Virus record (IMG/VR): IMGVR_UViG_3300032233_002213
Span: 1 to 42,570 of that record
Length of the DNA: 42,570 bases
Origin: a virus
Lineage: Duplodnaviria; Caudoviricetes
Reading direction: 5' to 3' (one strand)
The translations under genes were made by a program, and so were the position numbers. Position 1 is the first letter of the stretch; each line of letters starts with the position of its first letter. Positions 35,196-42,530 of this stretch are shown in pieces. The notes under the pieces were generated by a model. The model searched no databases. It was not told the DNA's origin and saw only the letters and a program-made list of their open reading frames with translations.

Positions 35196-37457
35196 ATGCG
35201 GCCAGCGGATGTCCTGACGGCCGCCTCAGGCAGGTGGCCGGAAATTCTCGTCGCCATTGGCGGCATCAGCTCCGATCAGCTCTGCCACCGGGAGGGCCCC
35301 TGCCCCCATTGCTCAGCCGGCGAGCCTGACAGCACCCGGTTTCGGTGGGACTCTGACGCGGGGGATGGGGAGTGGTTCTGCTCTCACTGTGGCGGCAAGG
35401 ACGGCCAGGGGGGTGGGGGCAATGGCCTCGATCTGCTGGCCCGGCTGCTGGGCCATGGCTGGGGGCGAAAGGCCTTCGCTCCCACGGCCGAACGGGTGGC
35501 GGCGTGGCTGGGAGGCGACTCCCCTCGATCGGGGCAGGGCCAGGCGTCCGGCGGTGGCTCTCAGCAGATACGGCAGGACGCGCCGCCGCCGCGCCTCACT
35601 GAGCGGGCCTGCTTCGATCTGCTGGGCCTGGCGGGGCAACTGGCAGATGGTGAGGGGTTCAGCCCCAACAGGGCCAAGGGCAGGGCCTATTCCAGGCGGT
35701 GGCTCCGCTGGTCTGAGGCGGAGGAGAACCGCGACGCCGTGGCAGGGGTGCTCACCTGGGAGAGGGCCGCTGAGCTGGAGCGGGTCACTGCGGAGGGGAT
35801 CACTGATCCGGCCGATGTGCCGGAGCAGGAGCAGCCCGCGGCGCCAGGTCCTGCCCCTGCCGCGCCCCCCTCGCCGCTGACGCTGGAGCAGGCCGCCACA
35901 GAGATCAGAGCCCTTGTCCTGGCGGGCACCTCCCGGCTGGCGCTGGAGCAGCAGCTGGCGGCCCTGGCTGCCCGGGCGGACGTACATGCCTCTCAGCTCC
36001 GGCCCCTGCTGAGCGCGATCGAGGCGGAGCAGGTGGCTGCGGCACAGGTCGCCGCTGAGCAGCAGCGAATCGAGGCGGCGGCGGAGCGGTCGGCGGTGGC
36101 GGCACAGATGCTGTCGCTGACGGAGATCCTGCCGCCGTCGCTGGCGGATGCCATTCGCATCAGGACGCAGTATCTCCCGATCGACCCGCTGTCTGCGGCG
36201 ATGCTGTTCATCACCACCTCGGCCGGGGTGTTGAAGCTGGGCAGCCGGTTGGTGGCCTCTGAAAAGTGGGACTTCAGCGTGCCCCTGAACATGTTCACCG
36301 CCCTGGTGGGCAGGTCTGGCATCAAGAAGACCCCGGCCTGGGAATTCCTCACCACGGTTCCCCTCAGGCCCATCGAAATCGACCTGGCGCGCCAAGCCGC
36401 ACGAACCCTCCAGAACTGGGAGGAGGAGAACCGGGGCAAGAAGCCGACGGAGAAGACGGAGCGCCCCCGCAGTGTCCTGGTGAGCTGCAGCGACTACACC
36501 GGCGAGGCGCTGGTGAGGCAGCTGGCGATCCAGGAGAAGGCTGGCTTTCCGTTGATTGTTGCCAAGGAAGAGCTGAAGGCGTTGTTTGGCGGGCTCAATC
36601 AATACAAGCCCAAAGGGAGGGGATCTGAGCAGGAGCAACTGCTGGAGTTGTTCGGCGGTGGTGGCAGCCGTTCGCTCAGGATCTCCGAGGATGACGGCGG
36701 CAGGTCGTTCACTCGGTCACAGGTGACGATCACCGGCACCATCCAGCCGTCGGTTCTGAAAAGCCTGCTGGCTAATGACGATGGCGCGGGCCTCTGGGCG
36801 CGATTCAACTTCCTGCCCGTGCCCGATGTCGTGGTGGAACTCCCAGCCGATGAGTCAGAGGAGGATGTGTGGGCGATGAAGACCGCGGCGGCTCTGCTGG
36901 AGCAGACCATCGGGGATCTCTACCGGCTGCCACAGGTGATCCTGGTGCTCTCGGACGAAGCCCGGCGCCGGTTCACCGCCTACGACAAGCGCTGCCAGGC
37001 CGACGCGAAGAGGGCCAGCCTCGACTCCCAGTGCGCCGCATGGAGCAAAGCACCCGGCAAGGCTCTCCGCGTCGCCGGTGTCCTGCACCTCCTCCACCGC
37101 GTTGCGGTCGATGGTGAGCGGTCTGAACAGGTGGGCGCTTGCGTCCTGCAGGTGGCCCAAAACATGGTTGACTCGCTCACGGAGTGGGCCCTGGGCCTCC
37201 ACGAAGCAGCTGAGGGCGGCCAGGCCGGTGGCGCGTCAGACCTGATGGAGCGGATACACAAGCTCGCGATACGGCGCGGGGTGCCGATCGCCTGGGGGGA
37301 TGTCGTCAGCAGCCTCTCGCCCCGAGCCCGGAAGGAGATCGACGCCGGGGCTGCTGGCGCTGCAGTTGACGCGCTGGTGGCACTGGGCGTGGGCAGGAGG
37401 ACGGAGGCACCACGGGGTGGGTGGCGGTATGAGGCGACGGGGGATCTGCCGGGGTGA
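35196..37457 (+). CDS. Replication protein: P4-alpha-type primase Zn ribbon plus DUF3987 (YfjI-like) P-loop helicase
   Basis: WPEIL...CPHC...RFRWD...WFCSHCG...GLDLL; Walker A GRSGIKKT; TGEAL, KEEL, GTIQP and GLWARF motifs. Confidence 0.85.
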   Translation: MRPADVLTAASGRWPEILVAIGGISSDQLCHREGPCPHCSAGEPDSTRFRWDSDAGDGEWFCSHCGGKDGQGGGGNGLDLLARLLGHGWGRKAFAPTAERVAAWLGGDSPRSGQGQASGGGSQQIRQDAPPPRLTERACFDLLGLAGQLADGEGFSPNRAKGRAYSRRWLRWSEAEENRDAVAGVLTWERAAELERVTAEGITDPADVPEQEQPAAPGPAPAAPPSPLTLEQAATEIRALVLAGTSRLALEQQLAALAARADVHASQLRPLLSAIEAEQVAAAQVAAEQQRIEAAAERSAVAAQMLSLTEILPPSLADAIRIRTQYLPIDPLSAAMLFITTSAGVLKLGSRLVASEKWDFSVPLNMFTALVGRSGIKKTPAWEFLTTVPLRPIEIDLARQAARTLQNWEEENRGKKPTEKTERPRSVLVSCSDYTGEALVRQLAIQEKAGFPLIVAKEELKALFGGLNQYKPKGRGSEQEQLLELFGGGGSRSLRISEDDGGRSFTRSQVTITGTIQPSVLKSLLANDDGAGLWARFNFLPVPDVVVELPADESEEDVWAMKTAAALLEQTIGDLYRLPQVILVLSDEARRRFTAYDKRCQADAKRASLDSQCAAWSKAPGKALRVAGVLHLLHRVAVDGERSEQVGACVLQVAQNMVDSLTEWALGLHEAAEGGQAGGASDLMERIHKLAIRRGVPIAWGDVVSSLSPRARKEIDAGAAGAAVDALVALGVGRRTEAPRGGWRYEATGDLPG

Positions 37458-37460
37458 GCA

Positions 37461-37494
37461 AAGAAAAACCCCCACCGCTCACAGACGGTGGGGG
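37461..37494 (-). terminator. Intrinsic terminator (possibly bidirectional)
   Basis: CCCCCACCG/CGGTGGGGG 9-bp stem preceded by an A-run (U-tract on the minus strand), immediately after the replication gene stop. Confidence 0.7.
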
Positions 37495-37643
37495 CCAGGA
37501 TCCCAATGCACGCATGGGAATCATAAGGGGTGCCGGCCCAACCGGCGAAGGAGGCTTATTCAGGCCGCGTTGCTCTCGATTGTTACCCGGTCGTGTGAGC
37601 TGTTGCCGGGGGACGGTGTTTTGCAAGGTGTCCAGCCTTGTCG

Positions 37644-37823
37644 TTATTCTATCCTGGGAATCGGCGGATGATGCGGAGGCCGGATGGCGGCCGTGATCTT
37701 GGCGGTGGGTGAGGCAGGTGGCGAGTTACCACCGGCTGAAGGAATCAGCAGCTCAAGCCATCGGACCTCCCCTGGCGGGGGGTTGCCCAGCCCCTTCAGG
37801 AGTGTGTCTGCGATTGCGCCCAT
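37644..37823 (-). CDS. Small hypothetical protein
   Basis: GGGAGA upstream of ATG 37823; operator-like repeats upstream; terminator downstream. Confidence 0.4.
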   Translation of the reverse strand: MGAIADTLLKGLGNPPPGEVRWLELLIPSAGGNSPPASPTAKITAAIRPPHHPPIPRIE

Positions 37824-37912
37824 GGGTGTCTCCCGTGTGGTGTGCGCTGATCCTAGGGGCAGATGGGCACAGGTTGGGCACAGCCGTAGCAATCGGTTGT
37901 AGTCGCGGTGGT

Positions 37913-38002
37913 TGTGACAGTTTATTGAGCTGGATGCGGGGCGGGTGCGTTAGTGATCGCTAGGGGTTATTGTTGGGGCATCGGGAGGCGAACACGCCTC
38001 TC
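37913..38002 (+). promoter_or_regulatory. Conserved promoter and leader hairpin, copy 1
   Basis: TGTGACAG, then 53 bp later GTTATTGTTGGGGCATCGGGAGG (-10 TATTGT); hairpin GGGAGGCG/CGCCTCTC. Confidence 0.7.
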
Positions 38003-38082
38003 ACGGGGCTCAGACCCCTGGCCCGTGGGGAGCCTGCCAGATCGTCGGCAATCTGGGCACAACATTCCATTGCATCCACCAA

Positions 38083-38655
38083 ATGGACCTCCAAACCCTT
38101 AAATCTCTCGGCCTTGACATCGAATCACTTGGAGACAGGATTGTCGATCAATGTGTCGAGGCCTTGCTCAGGTCTACCGGCTTTGACCCTGAAACAGAGC
38201 AAGAAACACGCTATGAGTCACGCTTTAAGCGTGAAATTGATACACGCATTCAAAAGGCTGTCGATACCAAAATCGCAGCACTTGCGGAAGAGCACTTACT
38301 TCCTCGCGTGGGTGAGATGATTGAATCTGCAAACCTGCAGCAAACAAATAACTATGGCGAGCCAAAAGGTGAGCCAAAGACCTTTATTGAATATATTGTT
38401 GCAAGGGCGGAAGCTTACATGTCTGAGCCCGTCAACTGGAAACTCAAGACAAGGCAGGAAGAAAGCTATAACTGGAGCAACGAAGGGCCAAGGTTGACCG
38501 TGCTTATGAAACTGCACATCAAAGACACGCTAGAAAGAGAAGCAAAAGCTGCTGTTTCTGACGTAAACAAAGTCATCGCAAAAAACATCGCTCAGGCCGC
38601 AAAAGATGCGATTGCCTCGGCTGCGAATTCGCTCAAGGTTTCTGTTTCCGTTTGA
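38083..38655 (+). CDS. Hypothetical helical protein
   Basis: 190 aa, lower GC, first gene after promoter copy 1. Confidence 0.75.
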   Translation: MDLQTLKSLGLDIESLGDRIVDQCVEALLRSTGFDPETEQETRYESRFKREIDTRIQKAVDTKIAALAEEHLLPRVGEMIESANLQQTNNYGEPKGEPKTFIEYIVARAEAYMSEPVNWKLKTRQEESYNWSNEGPRLTVLMKLHIKDTLEREAKAAVSDVNKVIAKNIAQAAKDAIASAANSLKVSVSV

Positions 38656-38718
38656 ATCTGTTTCTGCGCCGGGGGTCACCCCGGCAACCCTGCACACCAT
38701 TCCACTTCGCTTCCACCC

Positions 38719-39186
38719 ATGGCTACCGCAATTATTCCTCGCAAACGGTTTCTTATCGGAAGGCTTCCCGGTTCTGATGAATATATTGGGGAGCGGTCAC
38801 AAAAAACCACGGCGTTATTGGAAAGGTGTCTCGACCCTTTTGACAAGAAAGGGTTTGAAGCAAGCCAGTATCAAGACACTCTGAAACGTCTTGATAACGA
38901 AAGAAGGGTTTGTAGTAGCTTTCTAAATAGCCTGCCAACAGATTTGGCAGACTTAGCCTGTGACCTGGGAGGTGATTTTGTGAGTACCGCTGTTACCCAT
39001 GGCAATAAGGCTGGCTTTTCCTTTTATGATGGCAACAGTTATCGATGGTTCCCCACAAAGGGCGTTGCAAAACACACAAGGTGGGATCTTTTAAGAAGAG
39101 GGTGGAGTTGTGATGAAATCTTTCCCTGTGGAGCTTTAGAGGTGATAATTCTTGAAAAATGGTGTCATCGCACGGTCTCATGGTAG
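38719..39186 (+). CDS. Hypothetical protein
   Basis: 155 aa ORF in a low-GC stretch, preceded by hairpin GCCGGGG/CCCCGGC. Confidence 0.7.
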   Translation: MATAIIPRKRFLIGRLPGSDEYIGERSQKTTALLERCLDPFDKKGFEASQYQDTLKRLDNERRVCSSFLNSLPTDLADLACDLGGDFVSTAVTHGNKAGFSFYDGNSYRWFPTKGVAKHTRWDLLRRGWSCDEIFPCGALEVIILEKWCHRTVSW

Positions 39187-39227
39187 AAGAATCGCCCTGC
39201 ACACTGCTCAACCAACAACTCACCGGA

Positions 39228-39458
39228 ATGCCTGATTTTCCTCAGATCACCCCCACACCGGCGCAAGTAGAAGCGCTGAATGTCACCTTCCAGCGATTTG
39301 GCCACGCCTGCCAGGTGGCAGTAAATCAGATTGTTGACGCCTTCGCTGCTGTCATGGCCGACGAAGCCGAACAGCGCAGGCAGCGAGGCCCCACCATCGG
39401 CCGGAAGCGCCGCGCACGCAGGGCCAGGGGGCGGGGGCGGGGGCGGGACGATGTGTGA
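39228..39458 (+). CDS. Small protein with Arg-rich C-terminus
   Basis: ATG at 39228; ends GRKRRARRARGRGRGR; overlaps the next gene start. Confidence 0.55.
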   Translation: MPDFPQITPTPAQVEALNVTFQRFGHACQVAVNQIVDAFAAVMADEAEQRRQRGPTIGRKRRARRARGRGRGRDDV

Positions 39459-39813
39459 CTGCAGCGACCTCGAAACTGCAGCCTTCTACAAGGTCATCAC
39501 CCGCCGCGCCAGGAAGCGGCACCGCTGCTGTGAGTGCAGGGGGCTGATTGAGCCGGGCGTTGATTATGAGGAATATCAAGTGTTGATGAAAGGGTATGGC
39601 TGGTCGCGTTACAAGACCTGCGAGCCATGCGCCGCAATCGCCGGAGCACTGTTCGTCGTCTACGGTGTCGGCGGCCTCAAGGACTGCTTATTGGAGGATT
39701 ACGACCTGTCGGACCGTCGCGACTGCTCCGAGGCCCGTACTGCCTACGCGGGGATGCTGCGACGACGGCGGCAGGCTCGGCGGATTCTGAAGCAGGAGAA
39801 GGCTGATGGCTGA
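39451..39813 (+). CDS. Zinc-finger phage protein
   Basis: RRARKRHRCCEC...I.PG..Y...YKTCEPC. Confidence 0.75.
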   Translation: MCDCSDLETAAFYKVITRRARKRHRCCECRGLIEPGVDYEEYQVLMKGYGWSRYKTCEPCAAIAGALFVVYGVGGLKDCLLEDYDLSDRRDCSEARTAYAGMLRRRRQARRILKQEKADG

Positions 39814-40030
39814 TCTCTCTCCCGCCACCCAAGCGATCATGGCGGCGTTCCGGGAGCGGCACGCCGAGACCCTGCGCCCTGGCCCGATGTACGACCACTG
39901 GCCAGAGGCCTGCATGGCTGCGGCGCTGGAAGTGCTGGCGGTGCTGATCAAGGGCGCCCCGGGGATTCGCCAGGACGTGCTCGACATCGTGAACGAGCTG
40001 GAGCGGATCGTGGGGCAGGCCGATGGCTGA
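39806..40030 (+). CDS. Hypothetical protein
   Basis: MADLSPATQAIMAAF...AAALEVLA; GGAG upstream; coupled. Confidence 0.65.
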   Translation: MADLSPATQAIMAAFRERHAETLRPGPMYDHWPEACMAAALEVLAVLIKGAPGIRQDVLDIVNELERIVGQADG

Positions 40031-40196
40031 TCTCACCCCACGCCCCTGGCGGGTGCTGCTCGCCGTGGAGGGCCGGTGCGAGACCTTGGAGCTGTTCGCC
40101 CGGGACCGTGGCCATGCCCTGGCATCTGCCTGGGAGCTGACGGGGCTAGGACGCGGCGCTGCTGTGGTCCGGTGCCAGCGGCTGGGTGAGTGGTGA
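40023..40196 (+). CDS. 57-aa hypothetical protein (not in ORF track)
   Basis: Hand translation MADLTPRPWRVLLAVEGRCETLELFARDRGHALASAWELTG...GEW; same 8-bp overlap junction as the previous gene. Confidence 0.6.
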   Translation: MADLTPRPWRVLLAVEGRCETLELFARDRGHALASAWELTGLGRGAAVVRCQRLGEW

Positions 40197-40218
40197 TCCC
40201 TAGCGGTCGCTAACGCAC

Positions 40219-40306
40219 TGTGACAGATTGTGAACGGTGCTACTGGGTTGGGTGTATGGCGTCACGGGTGCGTTACTGTTGGGTCATCGGGAGGAAAGCC
40301 TCTCGA
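40219..40306 (+). promoter_or_regulatory. Conserved promoter and leader hairpin, copy 2
   Basis: TGTGACAG, then 53 bp later GTTACTGTTGGGTCATCGGGAGG (-10 TACTGT); hairpin TCGGGAGG/CCTCTCGA. Confidence 0.7.
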
Positions 40307-40326
40307 ATCCCATTGCACATCTGGCT

Positions 40327-40536
40327 ATGACCACCGCCGTTGGAACCCTAAAAGCAAAGACTAAAATAAATTGCGATTGCTGTGGTGTTTCCTTGCCTCG
40401 CGTAAAGTCTTTCAAGGTTAGCGCAAAAGATAAAGAATTTGCAAAAGTTGAGGCCAAGAAATTAATTGCTAAGTGGCAAGAAAGTCTTATCGGCCAAAAC
40501 TGCAGAGTGTGCCAATCCATTATTTCCAGCGTTTGA
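40327..40536 (+). CDS. Small Lys-rich zinc-binding protein
   Basis: CDCC...CRVC; ATG at 40327 right after the leader. Confidence 0.65.
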   Translation: MTTAVGTLKAKTKINCDCCGVSLPRVKSFKVSAKDKEFAKVEAKKLIAKWQESLIGQNCRVCQSIISSV

Positions 40537-40677
40537 ACCCCGCCACATGGCCCACCAGGAACCCTCCCTGGCGGCGTTCACATCAACCACACTGCACAAT
40601 CGGCAATATCACAGCATCAGCTCGTTGTTACAGTCAGGTCATCGGAAGGTGGCCTCCCACTACCAGCAAAACCAGCC

Positions 40678-40962
40678 ATGACCGCCGCCACCCCAACCCC
40701 CGCCTACACCCTCCCCACAATCCACCTGAACGGCACAGGGGCCAAGTCCCTGGCGGATGAATACCATGCCGTCTGCCGGGCCATTGACCGGGCCAGCGAA
40801 GCCCTGGCAGCCGCCACCTGTAACGCCCGCGACTTTTACCCTCAGGAGCCTGGCGCTTACGCGCGGGCCATGAGCCAGCGGTTTGAGGCCTTCCGCAAGC
40901 TCAAAGAGGTCCAAGCCTACGCGCTGGCCTGGATGGAACGAGCCAGTGACCATCTGCTGTGA
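40678..40962 (+). CDS. Hypothetical protein
   Basis: LPTIHLNGTG...NARDFYPQ patterns; followed by a terminator. Confidence 0.7.
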   Translation: MTAATPTPAYTLPTIHLNGTGAKSLADEYHAVCRAIDRASEALAAATCNARDFYPQEPGAYARAMSQRFEAFRKLKEVQAYALAWMERASDHLL

Positions 40963-41010
40963 CCACCTGACAGCACTGCACGTTCTCCTTGACCACACAA
41001 CCGATCACCC

Positions 41011-41034
41011 GCCCCGGTTACGCCGGGGCTTTTT
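41011..41034 (+). terminator. Intrinsic terminator
   Basis: GCCCCGG-TTACG-CCGGGGC-TTTTT. Confidence 0.85.
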
Positions 41035-41304
41035 CATGGGCGGCACCGGGGGAGGGCACCCATCTGCGCAGGAATCGCCACAGAGGGCCCCTGCGGCGCT
41101 CCTGCGGCTCCCAGGGGCGCCGTGGTTGCGCTGGTGACCCTGAGCCCTCCAGGTGGCGTTCTGAGGCGCTGTGGCGGCCCTGGCGTGCTGCGCTGCCCTC
41201 CTGGGGCGTGTTGGCCCCGCCAAGGGGCGTGTGCGGGCCTCCTGTGGCCTGGTGAGGGCATCGCGGCGCAGACCCCCGCCACATCACCCGTGACATCCGC
41301 CAGC

Positions 41305-41840
41305 AGATCAGTGGCAGGGATCAACTGGCACACATCAACTGGCACACATCAGCGCTGATCAGTGATCAGTGATCAGTGATCTGCTGATCTGGCTCCAGTG
41401 GTCCAAAACCCTGTGGTGGCGCCGGTTCTGAGATCTGGCGGGGCTGGAGATGCCAGATCTGAGCACTGACTTCACTGATCGTTTGCTGATCGTTTTACTG
41501 ATCGGTCCCAGATCTCCAAAACGTAGTCATAGTAAGGGTTTATAGATAGATACTTACAGTTTACTGATCTACTGACTGTTTTTCTGCCCCTCTCTCTCGA
41601 TCTCTCTGTTTCCTATCAGAGGGAACCTTTTATTTTTTTCTCTCTCTGGAGCGATCAGTAAATCAGTAAACCGGGCTGGTCTCACTGAGACTCACTGCGG
41701 CGCAACGGTTCTCAGGGATAAGTGGCGATCAGTAAATGATCAGTAAACGATCAGTGGTTGTCAGTAAACATCCGGCATGTCGCTGTGATCGCTTGCGCTG
41801 CAACGGTTCTCAGTGATCAGTGATCTGTCAGTGATCTTCG
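41305..41840. repeat. Symmetric iteron-like array (GATCAGTAAA / CAGTGAT), putative replication origin
   Basis: Non-coding. TTTACTGATC-like copies on the left and GATCAGTAAA copies on the right of a pyrimidine/AT-rich core; more than 20 GATC sites. Confidence 0.8.
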
Positions 41841-41875
41841 CTAGCCTCTGTCTCACTCACTCAGACAGTGGCGAC

Positions 41876-42511
41876 ATGGGCAAAGTCGTTGGCGTCAGCC
41901 TGGAGCTGCAGGGCCTGGAGGGGCTTAGGCAGATGAGGGCGCTGGCCAACCCTGCCATGGTTGACAAGGCCGTAGCCCTGGGCGTAAAGGCCGCAGGGAG
42001 TGCGGCAAGGACACAGATTGCCAAAGGTATTACGCAAAGATATAACATACCATCAGCAAGGATTAAGAGGGATATAGCAGGACCGTCTTACAAGGGTAAT
42101 GCTGCAACGATATACGCATCTCCTAATTCTCCTACGCTTAATCAATATGGATTCAAGCCTGGCGTCCGTGGCGGCCCTCAACCTGGGATGGGGAAAGGCA
42201 AGGGCTGGGGAAAACCTGTAACACCAGGCAAGAGAGCCACTGTCAAGGTGTTAAGAGGTAAGCCAGCCAAGCCAATTACTAATGCATTCTTTAACCAGAG
42301 CAAAGGGCTTCCTATGCAACGAATAGCGAAACATAGGGGCAAGGGATCGCTGAGGGTGCTCAAGGGCCCGAGCATGGCCAGGATCTTCGCTGGGCGTGGC
42401 CTGTTCGCTCGGGAGCTGCAGCAACAGTCGGCCGATGCCATTGATAAATCTTTTGCCAAGGCGTTTGAAAAGGTTTTCAAAGATGCGGCAAGGGGTTATG
42501 GCAGGCGTTAA
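41876..42511 (+). CDS. Minor tail protein Z-like (gpZ, tail completion), highly basic
   Basis: ARTQIAKGITQRYNIPSARIK, ITNAF and LRVLKGPSMARIF patterns. Confidence 0.65.
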   Translation: MGKVVGVSLELQGLEGLRQMRALANPAMVDKAVALGVKAAGSAARTQIAKGITQRYNIPSARIKRDIAGPSYKGNAATIYASPNSPTLNQYGFKPGVRGGPQPGMGKGKGWGKPVTPGKRATVKVLRGKPAKPITNAFFNQSKGLPMQRIAKHRGKGSLRVLKGPSMARIFAGRGLFARELQQQSADAIDKSFAKAFEKVFKDAARGYGRR

Positions 42512-42530
42512 ACATCATTTGATATTTTCT

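Noticed and set aside
39427-39447. (GGGGGC)n run as a G-quadruplex element
   Set aside because: Explained by coding for RGRGRGR in an Arg-rich tail; no independent support.
40547-40681. Possible 44-aa ORF MAHQEPSL... coupled to ATG 40678
   Set aside because: No SD or recognisable motif; cannot be distinguished from intergenic sequence.
41036-41300. GC-rich stretch with several overlapping short ORFs and possible stems (tRNA or ncRNA?)
   Set aside because: No cloverleaf or T-loop consensus; ORFs are low-complexity and lie after a terminator; stems are expected at this GC level.
41305-41840. CRISPR array or protelomerase telomere site
   Set aside because: Repeats are 7-14 bp, in both orientations, without unique 30-40 bp spacers. 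There is no long perfect palindrome, and no cas or protelomerase gene.
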